Below, piece after piece: positions 9,720 to 20,025 of a stretch of 64,000 nucleotides of DNA. The translations under genes and the position numbers were made by a program. Below the pieces are notes generated by a model that searched no databases, was not told the origin of the DNA, and saw nothing but the letters and a program-made list of their open reading frames with translations. Source of the stretch: an uncultured delta proteobacterium (GTDB lineage: Bacteria > Desulfobacterota > Binatia > UBA9968). Within the stretch, counting starts at the first letter, position 1; the number at the start of each line of letters is the position of its first letter. The stretch spans positions 160,001-224,000 of the forward strand of contig CAVUZH010000024.1 in NCBI GenBank assembly GCA_963745835.1, in the 5' to 3' direction.

Positions 9720-11714
9720 CTATTTACGAATTCTTCTTGTGACCAGTTCTGCAATATCGAACACCTCCGGCCCGCTACCCTCTTCTTTAGCTGTCTCCTC
9801 GGTAAGCATTCGCAGACAAAATGGACAACCGGTTGCGACGGTTTGCGCGCCGGTTTGCTTGAGCTCACGAAACCGATTGGTACTCACCCGCTCTTTGCCT
9901 CTCTCCTCATCCTTCCAGAACTGTCCGCCACCGGCGCCGCAACAAAAGCTATTGTTCCGAGTCCGTTCAGGCTCAATGAGATTGGCGCCTGTCATCTCGA
10001 TCAGCGAACGAGGCTCGTCGAAAATTCCATTGTGCCGGCCGAGATAGCAAGGGTCGTGATAAGTTACCGCGGTAGCCGAGTTTCGCTCGATCTTGAGCTT
10101 GCCATCGCGGATCAACTCGCTAATGAATTCGGTGTGATGTCTTACTACGTAGTTGCCGCCAAACTGCGGGTATTCTTTGCCAATTGTGTGAAAGCAGTGC
10201 GGACAAGTCGTTACGATGACTTTGGCTTTGATAGCATTCAATGCGGTGACGTTCTCGTCGGCCATCTGGGCAAACAGGTATTCGTTGCCGGTGCGCCGAG
10301 CGGTATCGCCCGTGCACTTTTCAGTCTTGCCTAGTACTGCCCAATTTAAGCCGGCGGAATGGAGAATTTCCGCCATGTTGCGCGCGATCTTCTGCGCACG
10401 CGGATCGAACGAGACTGCGCAGCCAACCCAGTAAAGCACGTCCGGATTGGCATTCTGATCAATCGTCGGAACCGGGAACGGCAAATCTTTCGTCCAGACC
10501 AGCCGCTCCTCTGCTGAAATCCCCCATGGGTTTCCTGCCTTTTCCATCTGATTGAATGTGTTTTTAAGACCGTTGGGAAATTCGGCGGCGCTCAACACCC
10601 GTTCACGCCTGACGTCGATGATGTGCAGCATCTGCTCATTGCCCACCGGACAAACCTCGATACAAGCGTTGCAGGTGGTGCAAGCCCAGGCAGCCTCTTC
10701 ATTGAGAGCGAAATCGAGTAAAGGGCGCGGGCTCTCCGCTCCCGCAGCAAACTTCGGGAAAAGATCGTTTAGCTCGAATCGTTCGTTGATCAATATCGCT
10801 GCCGGGCTAAGTGCTTTGCCGGTGTTGGTGGCGGGACAGACATCCTGACAGCGGTTACACATGATGCAGCTGTACGCATCCATCAGGCGCGGCCACGCGA
10901 ACTCCTCCAATTTGGATGCGCCGAACACTTCCTCATTCTCAAAATCCATGGGCTGCAGCACACCCGGATTCTTTTTCTGTAGCGCTAAATTGATCGGCGC
11001 CATGAATAGATGGATGTGTTTGGTGCGCGGGAAGTACGGAATGAAAACCAGGATCGACCCTAAAGCGCCCCACCAAAAGAAATGATGGAAAATCTCAAGC
11101 GCGCCTGGAGTCATCCCGGAAAATAGCGCCGCAAATGCCGTGCTCACGGGTTGCCACCGGTCCGCGCCTTCGAGGGCAAGCTGGCAGGCTTTGTACATCA
11201 GCCGGCTGCCCACATGAAAAAGTATAAAAGCCGAAACAATCGCCGAATCGCGGCGAATGCCGTTGCGTACTCCCTCTCGGACCGGCACGTTCGCGGGAAA
11301 GTCGAAATCTTTAGGCCGGACAAAGAAACGCCGGATCACCAAACTAATAATCCCGATCAAGACAGCTGCAGTTAGGATATCGGCGGTCAGATTAAATGCG
11401 TTCCACAGACCGCCCCGGGTGTGCAAGGCTAGATAACCCTCGAGCACATCGACTAAATTGACCAAAAAATAAAAAACGAATCCGTAGAAAACCAGAGCGT
11501 GAAAGAAAGAAACCAGCGGCCGCGTCCGAAACACGGAGCGCTGAAGAACAACATTCACCACAGCATCGATAACCCGCCTAGGTAGCTGATCGAAGCGACC
11601 ATCCGGCTTGCCGCGAGCGATGCTTCGATAAACGTCGTAAAATCTTCGCCCGCCGTAATAGAACGATGCCGCCAACAACAGAAAGAACAGTATTTTTTCG
11701 AGCGACGTAAGCAT
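9720..11714 (-). CDS. FadF/HdrD-like membrane Fe-S oxidoreductase with CCG domains
   Basis: Multi-TM N-terminus; CIMCNRCQDVCP and CTTCNACIEVCP; YHDPCYLGR; CCGAGGG; GCPFC. Confidence 0.9.
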   Translation of the reverse strand: MLTSLEKILFFLLLAASFYYGGRRFYDVYRSIARGKPDGRFDQLPRRVIDAVVNVVLQRSVFRTRPLVSFFHALVFYGFVFYFLVNLVDVLEGYLALHTRGGLWNAFNLTADILTAAVLIGIISLVIRRFFVRPKDFDFPANVPVREGVRNGIRRDSAIVSAFILFHVGSRLMYKACQLALEGADRWQPVSTAFAALFSGMTPGALEIFHHFFWWGALGSILVFIPYFPRTKHIHLFMAPINLALQKKNPGVLQPMDFENEEVFGASKLEEFAWPRLMDAYSCIMCNRCQDVCPATNTGKALSPAAILINERFELNDLFPKFAAGAESPRPLLDFALNEEAAWACTTCNACIEVCPVGNEQMLHIIDVRRERVLSAAEFPNGLKNTFNQMEKAGNPWGISAEERLVWTKDLPFPVPTIDQNANPDVLYWVGCAVSFDPRAQKIARNMAEILHSAGLNWAVLGKTEKCTGDTARRTGNEYLFAQMADENVTALNAIKAKVIVTTCPHCFHTIGKEYPQFGGNYVVRHHTEFISELIRDGKLKIERNSATAVTYHDPCYLGRHNGIFDEPRSLIEMTGANLIEPERTRNNSFCCGAGGGQFWKDEERGKERVSTNRFRELKQTGAQTVATGCPFCLRMLTEETAKEEGSGPEVFDIAELVTRRIRK

Positions 11715-11897
11715 TAGCGCTTATTAACCTCCGGCTCTGTCTACTTTATCGAATTTGAATGAAGCGGATGACCGGACTGAGCCCGGCGCTGGTAAATCAT
11801 CACGAAATGTGGCGAACCAGTGCCGCAGACTGAGTCGAGTAAATGAGTTGACTCTACAGGAAGCAGTATTTATGAATCAACGGGCGGAATCAGCGAA

Positions 11898-12677
11898 TTA
11901 TCCGGCGTACCCCAACCGTCTTGAAAGATCACGTCCGGAATCAAGAATCAAAGGCGAGATATCGTTTCGGAGCTTCTCCAGAGTCAGTCGATCACTCGGT
12001 CCCACTATAGCCAGCGCGCCGACCAGGCTCCTGGTGTAGTCTCTGACCGGGACAGCGATCGAACTGATCTCATTGATAAACTCTCCGTCGTCGATGGCAT
12101 AGCCGATCTCTCCGGTTTCTTTGACCTGCTGAGCCAGCCCTCTGGTATCGGTAATCGTCTTATCGTTGTAACGCTTCAAAGGGTCAAGGTCGCCAAGCGA
12201 CACACCGCCATCCGACTCAAAAGCAAGGTATACCTTACCTACCGCGGTGCAATGCGGCGGCAGTACCGAGCCGAGAAACGAGACAACTCGCACCGGTCGC
12301 GCCGGCTCGACAAAGTCCAGCGGCACTATCCCCGCGCCTTTTCGAATCGCCACGAACGCACTCTCTTTAGCTGACTTCGCCAGCTCTTCAAGAGTTGCGC
12401 GGGCCTGTAACAACAAACCCATCTGGTGTATGAACGTTTGCCCAAGCTGCAGACACTTGAGGCCGAGGCGATAATTTTCCGAGACTTTGTTCTGTTCGAT
12501 GTAGCCGCGCGCCTCGAGCGTGGCCAGCAGACGAAAAACGTTGTTCTTGTGAAGCTTCAATCGTTTGCTCAACTCAGTAACGCCTATCTCATCAACATTA
12601 CCGTTGAACTGCTCGAGGACATCAAGGGCGTGCGATACGGATTGAATTACGTAATTAGATTTCTCCCGGCGAACCAT
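11898..12677 (-). CDS. IclR family transcriptional regulator
   Basis: IQSVSHALDVLE HTH, PHCTAVGK, SIAVPVRD; ATG 12677 with GGAGG RBS. Confidence 0.92.
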   Translation of the reverse strand: MVRREKSNYVIQSVSHALDVLEQFNGNVDEIGVTELSKRLKLHKNNVFRLLATLEARGYIEQNKVSENYRLGLKCLQLGQTFIHQMGLLLQARATLEELAKSAKESAFVAIRKGAGIVPLDFVEPARPVRVVSFLGSVLPPHCTAVGKVYLAFESDGGVSLGDLDPLKRYNDKTITDTRGLAQQVKETGEIGYAIDDGEFINEISSIAVPVRDYTRSLVGALAIVGPSDRLTLEKLRNDISPLILDSGRDLSRRLGYAG

Positions 12678-12901
12678 GTCTCCTCCTGCCTCAGTCTGTG
12701 TAGAAATCAAAATAGACTGGTATGGGCCGTTCCAAAAAAGCGTTTTAACCTATATCGCCATCCGCACCTTGTCAACGAACGCCAAAAACAGCCTCTGATA
12801 TCCGCGTTTACCGAAAAAGCTGATCCTGGCTGTATACAGATAAGTCAACCTCCATCTCAGCTCGTCTTGACCGGTATAAGACAATAAGGCACACTCGTGC
12901 C

Positions 12902-12982
12902 ATGACTGAGCGGTCGGGATTTGCTGTCTTGATTGAAAGCTGGTGGCGCAGGCAGCAGTCGCTCCGATCGGCCTGTGGCTAA
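12902..12982 (+). CDS. trpL: trp operon leader peptide (26 aa)
   Basis: MTERSGFAVLIESWWRRQQSLRSACG*; tandem TGG TGG codons directly upstream of a terminator and trpE. Confidence 0.75.
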   Translation: MTERSGFAVLIESWWRRQQSLRSACG

Positions 12983-13045
12983 TTCCAGTCAGTTTACTAA
13001 CATTGAGGAGGGCCGTAGGCGGTTAGCTTATGGCCCTTTTTGTTT
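12971..13045 (+). promoter_or_regulatory. trp attenuator (antiterminator and intrinsic terminator)
   Basis: Terminator stem agggccgtaggc/gcttatggccct (13009-13037) followed by a T run; gcctgtggct (12971-12980) can pair instead with ggccgtaggc (13011-13020). Confidence 0.75.
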
Positions 13046-13053
13046 GTGAGCCT

Positions 13054-14541
13054 ATGATTCACCCGACATTTGAAGAATTCTGCCGGTTGGCGGAGCAAGG
13101 CAACCTGGTTCCGGTCTATCAGGAACTGCTCATGGACTTGGAAACGCCGCTCTCATTCTTTAAGCGCCTCGAACGGGATCGTTACGCTTTTCTGCTCGAA
13201 AGTGTTGAAGGTAGCGAACGTTGGGCGCGTTACTCTTTTTTGGGAAGCCGGCCCCGGCTTGTTTTTAAAAGCCACGGCAAGCAGGTCGAAATCATCGAAG
13301 ACGGTAAGAGTAGAAAGTTAGCCTCCGAAATGCCCCTCGATACTCTGAAACAGCTCGTGGGGAATTATCGACCGGTTACAGTGCCGGGTGTTCCGCCCTT
13401 TTTCGGTGGCGCCCTTGGTTACGTCGCCTACGATGCCGTCGAGCAATTTCACGGGATTGGCAACAACAAACACTCTCCGCTTGATGCCCCGGAGATTTTC
13501 TTTCTGTTCGTTCAAACTCTCATCGCTTTCGATAACTTGAAACATACCATCAAGATCATCGACAATGTCCAGTTAGAAACAGGAACTGATCTGCGAACCG
13601 CCTACAAGGAAGCGAGCGACAGAATCCGCAAAATTATCTCCTCGCTGCAGAAGAAACCACGCGGAATCGAACCTCGTGAGTTGAGCGATGGCAAAGCGCA
13701 GAAGCAGTTTCACTCCAATCTGAACCGCGATGGTTTTCAGAAAGCGGTCATCAAGGCCAAGGAATACATCCAGGCGGGCGATATCATTCAAACAGTCCTA
13801 TGTCAGAGGCTCGAAACCCAAACGGTTGCGGATGCCTTTGAAATTTATCGGGCTCTGCGCTTTATCAATCCTTCGCCGTACATGTTCTATCTCGAGCTCG
13901 AGGATCTACGGATCATCGGCTCGTCGCCTGAGACGATGGTGCGATTAACCGGCGACATGATTGAGCTTCGGCCGATTGCCGGAACCCGGCCGCGGGGCGC
14001 CACACCGGAAGAAGAACAGACGCTTGAAGCCGACCTGCTTGGCGACCCTAAAGAACGCGCTGAGCACATCATGTTGGTCGATCTGGGACGAAACGACGTC
14101 GGGCGCGTCGCGGAGATCGGCAGTGTCGAAGTCAACGAGCTCATGGGCATCGAACGCTACTCTCATGTCATTCACATCGTTTCCAACGTGCGCGGCAAGC
14201 TCGAGGCTGATAAGAGCCCATTTGATCTATTTGTCTCGGCGTTCCCTGCGGGAACGGTTTCTGGAGCGCCCAAGATTCGCGCGATGCAGATCATTAGCGA
14301 GCTGGAGCCGGAGAGACGCGGGCTATATGCAGGCGCCATCGGATACTTCGGCTATAACGGCAACCTGGATACCTGCATCGTCATTCGGACGATTGTGATG
14401 AAAGGCAGCAAAGTATTCATCAACGCGGGAGCTGGAATTGTCGCCGACTCCGATCCGGACATGGAGTATCAGGAGACTCTGAATAAGGCGCGGGCGATGT
14501 TTCGCGCCGTGGAGCTCGCCGAACAGTGGAGCAAGGCATGA
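13054..14541 (+). CDS. trpE: Anthranilate synthase component I
   Basis: LLESVEG (Trp feedback site), NPSPYM, PIAGT, AEHIMLVDLGRND, GTVSGAPK. Confidence 0.93.
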   Translation: MIHPTFEEFCRLAEQGNLVPVYQELLMDLETPLSFFKRLERDRYAFLLESVEGSERWARYSFLGSRPRLVFKSHGKQVEIIEDGKSRKLASEMPLDTLKQLVGNYRPVTVPGVPPFFGGALGYVAYDAVEQFHGIGNNKHSPLDAPEIFFLFVQTLIAFDNLKHTIKIIDNVQLETGTDLRTAYKEASDRIRKIISSLQKKPRGIEPRELSDGKAQKQFHSNLNRDGFQKAVIKAKEYIQAGDIIQTVLCQRLETQTVADAFEIYRALRFINPSPYMFYLELEDLRIIGSSPETMVRLTGDMIELRPIAGTRPRGATPEEEQTLEADLLGDPKERAEHIMLVDLGRNDVGRVAEIGSVEVNELMGIERYSHVIHIVSNVRGKLEADKSPFDLFVSAFPAGTVSGAPKIRAMQIISELEPERRGLYAGAIGYFGYNGNLDTCIVIRTIVMKGSKVFINAGAGIVADSDPDMEYQETLNKARAMFRAVELAEQWSKA

Positions 14542-15104
14542 TCCTGCTTATCGACAATTACGATTCATTTACTTACAACCTGTACCACTACCTGGGCGAG
14601 CTCGGGGCGGATGTAAAAGTTTATTTGAACGATAAAATCAGTTTGGACCAAATAGCCGAGCTAGGACCAGAGAAGATCGTTATTTCTCCCGGTCCCTGCA
14701 CGCCTAAAGAAGCAGGGATTTCCTGTGCCGTAATCCGCCACTTCAGCGCACGAATCCCAACATTAGGCGTCTGCCTTGGCCATCAGGCGATCGGAGCGGC
14801 TTTTGGCGGTGAGATCGTCCGAGCGCCGGCGATCATGCATGGCAAGCTCTCGGAAGTAGCTCATGATTCGCAAACCATTTTCCGCGGCATTAAAAACCCG
14901 TTTGCCGCAATGCGTTATCACTCATTGGTAATTGATCGACAGAAGCTGCCGGACGATCTAACCGTCAGCGCGCAGACTGCGGACGGCGTTATCATGGCGG
15001 TGCGGCACAAAAAAATGCCGGTCGAAGGCGTCCAATTTCATCCCGAATCGATACTTGCCGAGGAAGGCAAGAAAGTCCTACAAAACTTTTTAGACTACTA
15101 TTGA
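14538..15104 (+). CDS. trpG: Anthranilate synthase component II / glutamine amidotransferase
   Basis: IDNYDSFTYN, SPGPCTP, GVCLGHQ, QFHPES; overlaps the trpE stop codon. Confidence 0.9.
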   Translation: MILLIDNYDSFTYNLYHYLGELGADVKVYLNDKISLDQIAELGPEKIVISPGPCTPKEAGISCAVIRHFSARIPTLGVCLGHQAIGAAFGGEIVRAPAIMHGKLSEVAHDSQTIFRGIKNPFAAMRYHSLVIDRQKLPDDLTVSAQTADGVIMAVRHKKMPVEGVQFHPESILAEEGKKVLQNFLDYY

Positions 15105-15118
15105 TAAACGGGTCCGTC

Positions 15119-15538
15119 ATGAGACTTCTATGTTTCCAAGCGAAACGGTTCCGCTGGAAAACTCACTCTAAAACCCTCCCCGAGGTTCCGGATCTGGAAG
15201 CCGAGGAAGAAATTACCGATGGGGTCGTTATTTTCGTCCAAGCCGAAGCGGCCGATGCGCCGGAGCAACATCTGGACTCGATCAAGCGCAAAGCGGTCAA
15301 GCATATCAAATGGCTGGCAAACAAACGGGATCTGAGAAACATTGTTCTCCATTCATTTACTCACCTCGGCGGCGACACTGCAGATCCGGGCTTCGCCGAG
15401 CCGCTTATCCAGAGTATTGGAGACCGGCTCAACCAAAGCGGCTATCACGTTCGAATCACCCCATTCGGCTATTTTTGCGAATGGGATTTATCAGTCTATG
15501 GTGAAAGCCTTGCCAAGGTTTGGAAAGAAATACATTAG
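15119..15538 (+). CDS. Free-standing archaeal-type threonyl-tRNA synthetase editing domain (DTD-like fold)
   Basis: MRLL..., VVIFVQAE, IVLHSFTHLG, TPFGYF, GESLAKVWKEI parallel the archaeal YPFAHL, APFGYYK and GHPLAELSR motifs. Confidence 0.75.
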   Translation: MRLLCFQAKRFRWKTHSKTLPEVPDLEAEEEITDGVVIFVQAEAADAPEQHLDSIKRKAVKHIKWLANKRDLRNIVLHSFTHLGGDTADPGFAEPLIQSIGDRLNQSGYHVRITPFGYFCEWDLSVYGESLAKVWKEIH

Positions 15539-15627
15539 CACCGCTACCTAGAGTCTTTTGCACCAGCTAATCGGTCACTCGATCGAAAACGTGCTACAAT
15601 CATTCACCCAAAAACCGGAGGAACACG

Positions 15628-16176
15628 ATGAGCCTGATAAGAAGCAACGTTATCTTATGGTCGTTTGCAATGGTCTGTTTAACTGTCTTCGGCTGCAGAA
15701 ACGGCGAGGAGCTCGCTAATCCTGACGACCTCCCGGATATCAATAAACAGCTCCGCCCATACATCACCATTGCAAGCACAAAAGTCCGGACCGGGCCGGG
15801 CCCGCAGTTCAGAGCTACTGGCGAAGTGCCGCCTCGCGCGAAGGTTCACGTGGTCGGCAGAGATGGAGACTGGGTGCTGATCGTGTCAAAGAAAGGCAAC
15901 ATTCCAGGTTTCATCGAAATGGCTTCCGTCAAACCGGGTGAAGGCGAAGAGATCGCAACCGGCGATCCGACAGTCGGCGGCAAGTATGAAATACTGGCAA
16001 ATACCCGGCTCCATAGCGGACCCGGACTTCATTACCCGGTGGTTGCGGAGGTTTCAAAAGGGACGATTATCAACGTCGTCGAAGAAGACAAAGGCTGGAT
16101 AAAGGTAGAGTCAAAACGAGGCAAGCAGCCTGGCTACGTCGAATCGAGCTTGGCCAAACCGGCGGCGGATCAATAG
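15628..16176 (+). CDS. Lipoprotein with two bacterial SH3 domains
   Basis: Lipobox VFG-C; repeated VRTGPG / LHSGPG...W..V...G..G(F/Y)(I/V). Confidence 0.85.
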   Translation: MSLIRSNVILWSFAMVCLTVFGCRNGEELANPDDLPDINKQLRPYITIASTKVRTGPGPQFRATGEVPPRAKVHVVGRDGDWVLIVSKKGNIPGFIEMASVKPGEGEEIATGDPTVGGKYEILANTRLHSGPGLHYPVVAEVSKGTIINVVEEDKGWIKVESKRGKQPGYVESSLAKPAADQ

Positions 16177-16468
16177 ATCCTAAGCGGGAAACGTTCTTGT
16201 ATGCGCAAGGCGTGAAACTGGGATCACTCCGTTAAGGCTATTATATGCGGTCCGGGCGTGGTCTGCCGGCTGATTCTTGATCGACCGCGCTGCTAGATCC
16301 TCAACAAGCGATGTCTGAGATGAGATAGAAGAACATATTAATCTTACGCACTCTTGCTAAACCTCCATTCAAGCCTCGACATCGGCTCTTCTGCCATACG
16401 AGATCGACTAAATGCTTGTTGTTCAGCTGGTTTCTCGCATAGAATCGCTGCCACACTTGTAGGAGGAG

Positions 16469-16939
16469 ATGATTATGGAGATTGAGAGGAAGTTAGCAGA
16501 ACTTGGGATCGAAGTGCCGGCGCCGCCGGTACCGGCGGCTCATTACATTCCCTGCGTTCAAGTCGGTAATCTCTTGTTCGTCGGCGGCAACACCGGCAGG
16601 CTCAATGGCCAGCCGCACCTATACGCCGGCAAAGTAGGCGATCACGTAACTCTGGAACAAGCCTATCAGATGGCGCGTCATTGCGCCCTAAATCATCTGG
16701 CAATCATCAAGTCGGCGTTGGGCGATCTCGATCGGGTGGAGCGCTTTGTCAAACTACTCGGCTTTGTAAATGTTGCTCCAGGTTTTACCAAGATGCCTCA
16801 AGTGGTGAATGGCGCGTCCGATCTGTTCATCGAAATCTGGGGGGAACGAGGACAGCACGCCCGCGCCGCGGTGGGAGTTGCCTCTCTCGCCAACGAAGCG
16901 CCGGTCGAAACGGAAGTCATCTTGCAGATCAGAGATTAG
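16469..16939 (+). CDS. RidA/YjgF family protein
   Basis: VVNGASDLF, GQHARAAVG, APVETE; AGGAGG RBS. Confidence 0.9.
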   Translation: MIMEIERKLAELGIEVPAPPVPAAHYIPCVQVGNLLFVGGNTGRLNGQPHLYAGKVGDHVTLEQAYQMARHCALNHLAIIKSALGDLDRVERFVKLLGFVNVAPGFTKMPQVVNGASDLFIEIWGERGQHARAAVGVASLANEAPVETEVILQIRD

Positions 16940-17136
16940 GTACTGCGAATGCAATCTACCCAAATCGGCTGTCCAATTCAGGGTAGCCTACGGATCATCG
17001 GCTGCCGGTGGTTGATGTTCCTATCGCGCCACGCAGCAGCTCTCAGTAACATCAACCGTAAAACGTCGTCTATGGACTGAGATCACTGTGATGTGAACTG
17101 TTGTGATCTATCTGTTTGTCACATCGTTGCCGCAGC

Positions 17137-19425
17137 TTATGCTTTGCCCGCGGCTTTCAATCCCCGCAAAACGTTCTCAGGACTCAGCGGCAACTTGTAG
17201 ATGCGCACGCCGGTGGCGTTGAAGATCGCGTTGGCGATGCAGGCCATCGGCGGGACACAGGCGATTTCACCGGCGCCTTTCGCGCCGTAGGGACCGGCCC
17301 CTGGATAGCCGGGCACCAGAGTCGTTTCGATGCGTGGCATCATGTTTATCGTCGGCATCAAGTAATCCACGAACGAAGGATTCAACGTTCTCCCGTTGTT
17401 GTCGAAGACAACCTGTTCGCAGAGGGCCTGGCCGATGCTCATGGCGGTGGCGCCTTCGATTTGACCTTCGACGGCGGCTTGATGGATAGGTTGGCCGATG
17501 TCGTGAACAGCCACGTATTTCACAATCTTCACGTTGCCGGTGTCCGGACTCACCTCGACGATGCAGGCATGCGCGGTGAACGGCTGCGAGCTGCCGTGGG
17601 CTTTTTCTTCAGCCATTAATTCGAGATTGTCGCAGTAGCCGCGGCCAATCACTTCGCCGATGACGTTGTGCGCATTGGTTGCAACGGTCGCCAGCGCTAC
17701 TGCCTTGGTTGGCGTGCCTTTGACCCGGATCTGCTTGTCGACGATCTCGAGATCGTCCGGACTCGCCTCGAGCTGGCGGGCGGCCATTTTGAAAAGCTGG
17801 TTGCGCGCGTCGATGGCAGCGAGCCGGGATGCGGTGCCGGAAACCAGAATGCCGCGGCTTCCGACCGTGCCGGCATCCCACGGGCTGGCGTCGGTGTCGA
17901 CATTGACTACGGTGACATCGCTTACTGGAATGCCCAGCTCTTCGGCGACGATCATGGGAATACCGAAGCCGGGAATAGTGCCCATGTCGATTTTGCCGAT
18001 ATGCACCGTCACCGACCCATCTTCGTTGACTTTCACGATGGCGCCGCCGCCGGGACCGGCGCTCTCGATCCATGACCCCGTCGCGAGGCCCAGGCCCTGG
18101 TTTTTTTCCAGCTTAACTTTGCCCCAGCCGATTTTTTCCTTGGCGATGCGGATGGTTTCAGCCAACGAAACATCGCGCAGCTTGGGCACGCCGACGATCT
18201 TGTCGCCGGCTTTAGGAACGTTCTTAAGACGGAATTCAACCGGATCCATGCCGAGCTTAGCGGCGATGGAATCCATATGCGATTCAACGGCGAACGCAGC
18301 CTGCGGGCCGCCGGGACCGCGCACCGGGCCGCAGACCTGCTTATTGGTGTAAACGCTGTAGCCTTCGATGTGGCAGTTGGGCATCAAGTACCAGCCGCCG
18401 AGCATGTTGGTACAGCGGCCGCCGGCTTGCACGCCGAAGCCCGAGTAGCCGCCCGCGTCGTAGAAAACTTTGCCAGTGCGGGCGACGATGGTGCCATCCT
18501 TTTTGACGCCGGTTTTGATGTACATGCGCGCGCCGGAACGGATCGTCGTCGAAATGGTTTCTTCGGCTTTGTCGAGGACGATCATCACCGGCCGCTTGGC
18601 TTTCATCGCCAACAGCCCGCAGATCGGCTCGACAGCGGCGCCCGAGGTTATGCCGCTCCCCTTGCCGCCGAAGCCGCCGCCGAGCCCGGCAGAGATCACG
18701 CGCACGTTGTTGAGCGACAGCCCCAGCATCTTCGCCACCTCCTGGCGCACCGGGAACGGCGCCTGGGCATTGGCCCAGACCGTTAGACGGCCGTTCGGTT
18801 CCATCTGCGCCGCGGCGATGCGCGGTTCCAGATACTGAGGATGGATCATCTTGGTCTCGTAGACTTCGTCGACCACGATGTCCGCCTCCGCCATCGCTTT
18901 TTCGGCATCGCCGACTTTGACGACGGCATGGCCGCAGATATTTTTGAGGCCGGTGTCCGCCGGAATAGTTTTCGGCAGCGGCATGTCCTCGTGCAAGGTC
19001 GGCGCGTCAGGCTTGGTGGCCTCTTCGGGATCGAGCGCCACCGGCAGCGGCTCGTAAACTACTTTGATTTTTTTCAGCGCTCGTTTGGCGATCGCGAGCG
19101 AGTCGGCAGCGACCGCTGCTACCGGATCGCCCATGAAACGCACCTTGTCCCGTGCCAGAATATGGCGGTCCATGTAGCTGCGCCCATAACGCACATTCGG
19201 CGCATCGGCGGCAGTGACGACGGCATGAACGCCGGCGACCTTCTTCGCTTCGCTGGTGTCGATGCTGACGATTTTGCCATGGGCGTGTTGACTGCGCAGG
19301 ATGGCGCCGTGCAATTGATCCTTCAGCATCAAATCGATGCCGTAAACACCCTTGCCGACGACACGCTCGACGCCGCCCATTCTGGCTGGACTTGTGCCGA
19401 CGACTTTGAATTCCGCTTTAGCCAT
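17137..19425 (-). CDS. Xanthine dehydrogenase family molybdopterin-binding large subunit
   Basis: GGGFGGK, VRGPGGPQ, GTVGSR, EGQIEG, AKGAGE. Confidence 0.92.
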   Translation of the reverse strand: MAKAEFKVVGTSPARMGGVERVVGKGVYGIDLMLKDQLHGAILRSQHAHGKIVSIDTSEAKKVAGVHAVVTAADAPNVRYGRSYMDRHILARDKVRFMGDPVAAVAADSLAIAKRALKKIKVVYEPLPVALDPEEATKPDAPTLHEDMPLPKTIPADTGLKNICGHAVVKVGDAEKAMAEADIVVDEVYETKMIHPQYLEPRIAAAQMEPNGRLTVWANAQAPFPVRQEVAKMLGLSLNNVRVISAGLGGGFGGKGSGITSGAAVEPICGLLAMKAKRPVMIVLDKAEETISTTIRSGARMYIKTGVKKDGTIVARTGKVFYDAGGYSGFGVQAGGRCTNMLGGWYLMPNCHIEGYSVYTNKQVCGPVRGPGGPQAAFAVESHMDSIAAKLGMDPVEFRLKNVPKAGDKIVGVPKLRDVSLAETIRIAKEKIGWGKVKLEKNQGLGLATGSWIESAGPGGGAIVKVNEDGSVTVHIGKIDMGTIPGFGIPMIVAEELGIPVSDVTVVNVDTDASPWDAGTVGSRGILVSGTASRLAAIDARNQLFKMAARQLEASPDDLEIVDKQIRVKGTPTKAVALATVATNAHNVIGEVIGRGYCDNLELMAEEKAHGSSQPFTAHACIVEVSPDTGNVKIVKYVAVHDIGQPIHQAAVEGQIEGATAMSIGQALCEQVVFDNNGRTLNPSFVDYLMPTINMMPRIETTLVPGYPGAGPYGAKGAGEIACVPPMACIANAIFNATGVRIYKLPLSPENVLRGLKAAGKA

Positions 19426-19458
19426 TATGATGGTCTCCTTACCGGATTTGGAAATTTT

Positions 19459-19537
19459 CCCGCAAGCCGCAAAGACGCGAAGTTCGGAAGTTGGAATCCG
19501 AGTACTTTTCCTTTGCGCCTTAGCGTCTTTGCCGGAG
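19459..19537. repeat. REP-like intergenic inverted repeat
   Basis: gcaaagacgcgaag pairs with cttagcgtctttgc (13/14) inside the operon. Confidence 0.55.
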
Positions 19538-19560
19538 GTAATGCTTTCGATTTCATCTCG

Positions 19561-20025
19561 CTAGAGCTTCTGTGCCGCGAGATAGATCGCATCGACGATC
19601 TTGTTGTAGCCGGTGCACCGGCAGATATTGCCTGAGACAGCCTCTTCGATGTCTTCAGCCGAAGGTTTCTTGGTACGGTCGAGCAGTGCTTTCACCGACA
19701 TGATAAATCCCGGCGTGCAGTAACCGCACTGCACCGCGCCGGTGTCGATGAACGCCTGCTGCACAGGATGTAATTTATCGCCATCAGCTAATCCCTCGAT
19801 AGTGATGATCTCAGCGCCGTTGGCGTCGGCAGCCATGGTGACGCACGAGTTGATCGGCTTGCCGTTGTAGATCACGGTGCAAGCGCCGCACTCGCCGGTG
19901 TTGCAGCAGAGCTTGCTGCCCTTCATTTCCAGCGTGTCGCGGAGAAACTCCAAGAGTGAGGCCGACGCATCCGCGCTAGCGCTGATCGACTGACCGTTTA
20001 TTTTCGTGTTGATGCTGACACTCAT
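19561..20025 (-). CDS. 2Fe-2S small subunit (CoxS/XdhC-like)
   Basis: CNTGECGAC, QCGYCTPG, GNICRCTGY. Confidence 0.93.
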   Translation of the reverse strand: MSVSINTKINGQSISASADASASLLEFLRDTLEMKGSKLCCNTGECGACTVIYNGKPINSCVTMAADANGAEIITIEGLADGDKLHPVQQAFIDTGAVQCGYCTPGFIMSVKALLDRTKKPSAEDIEEAVSGNICRCTGYNKIVDAIYLAAQKL

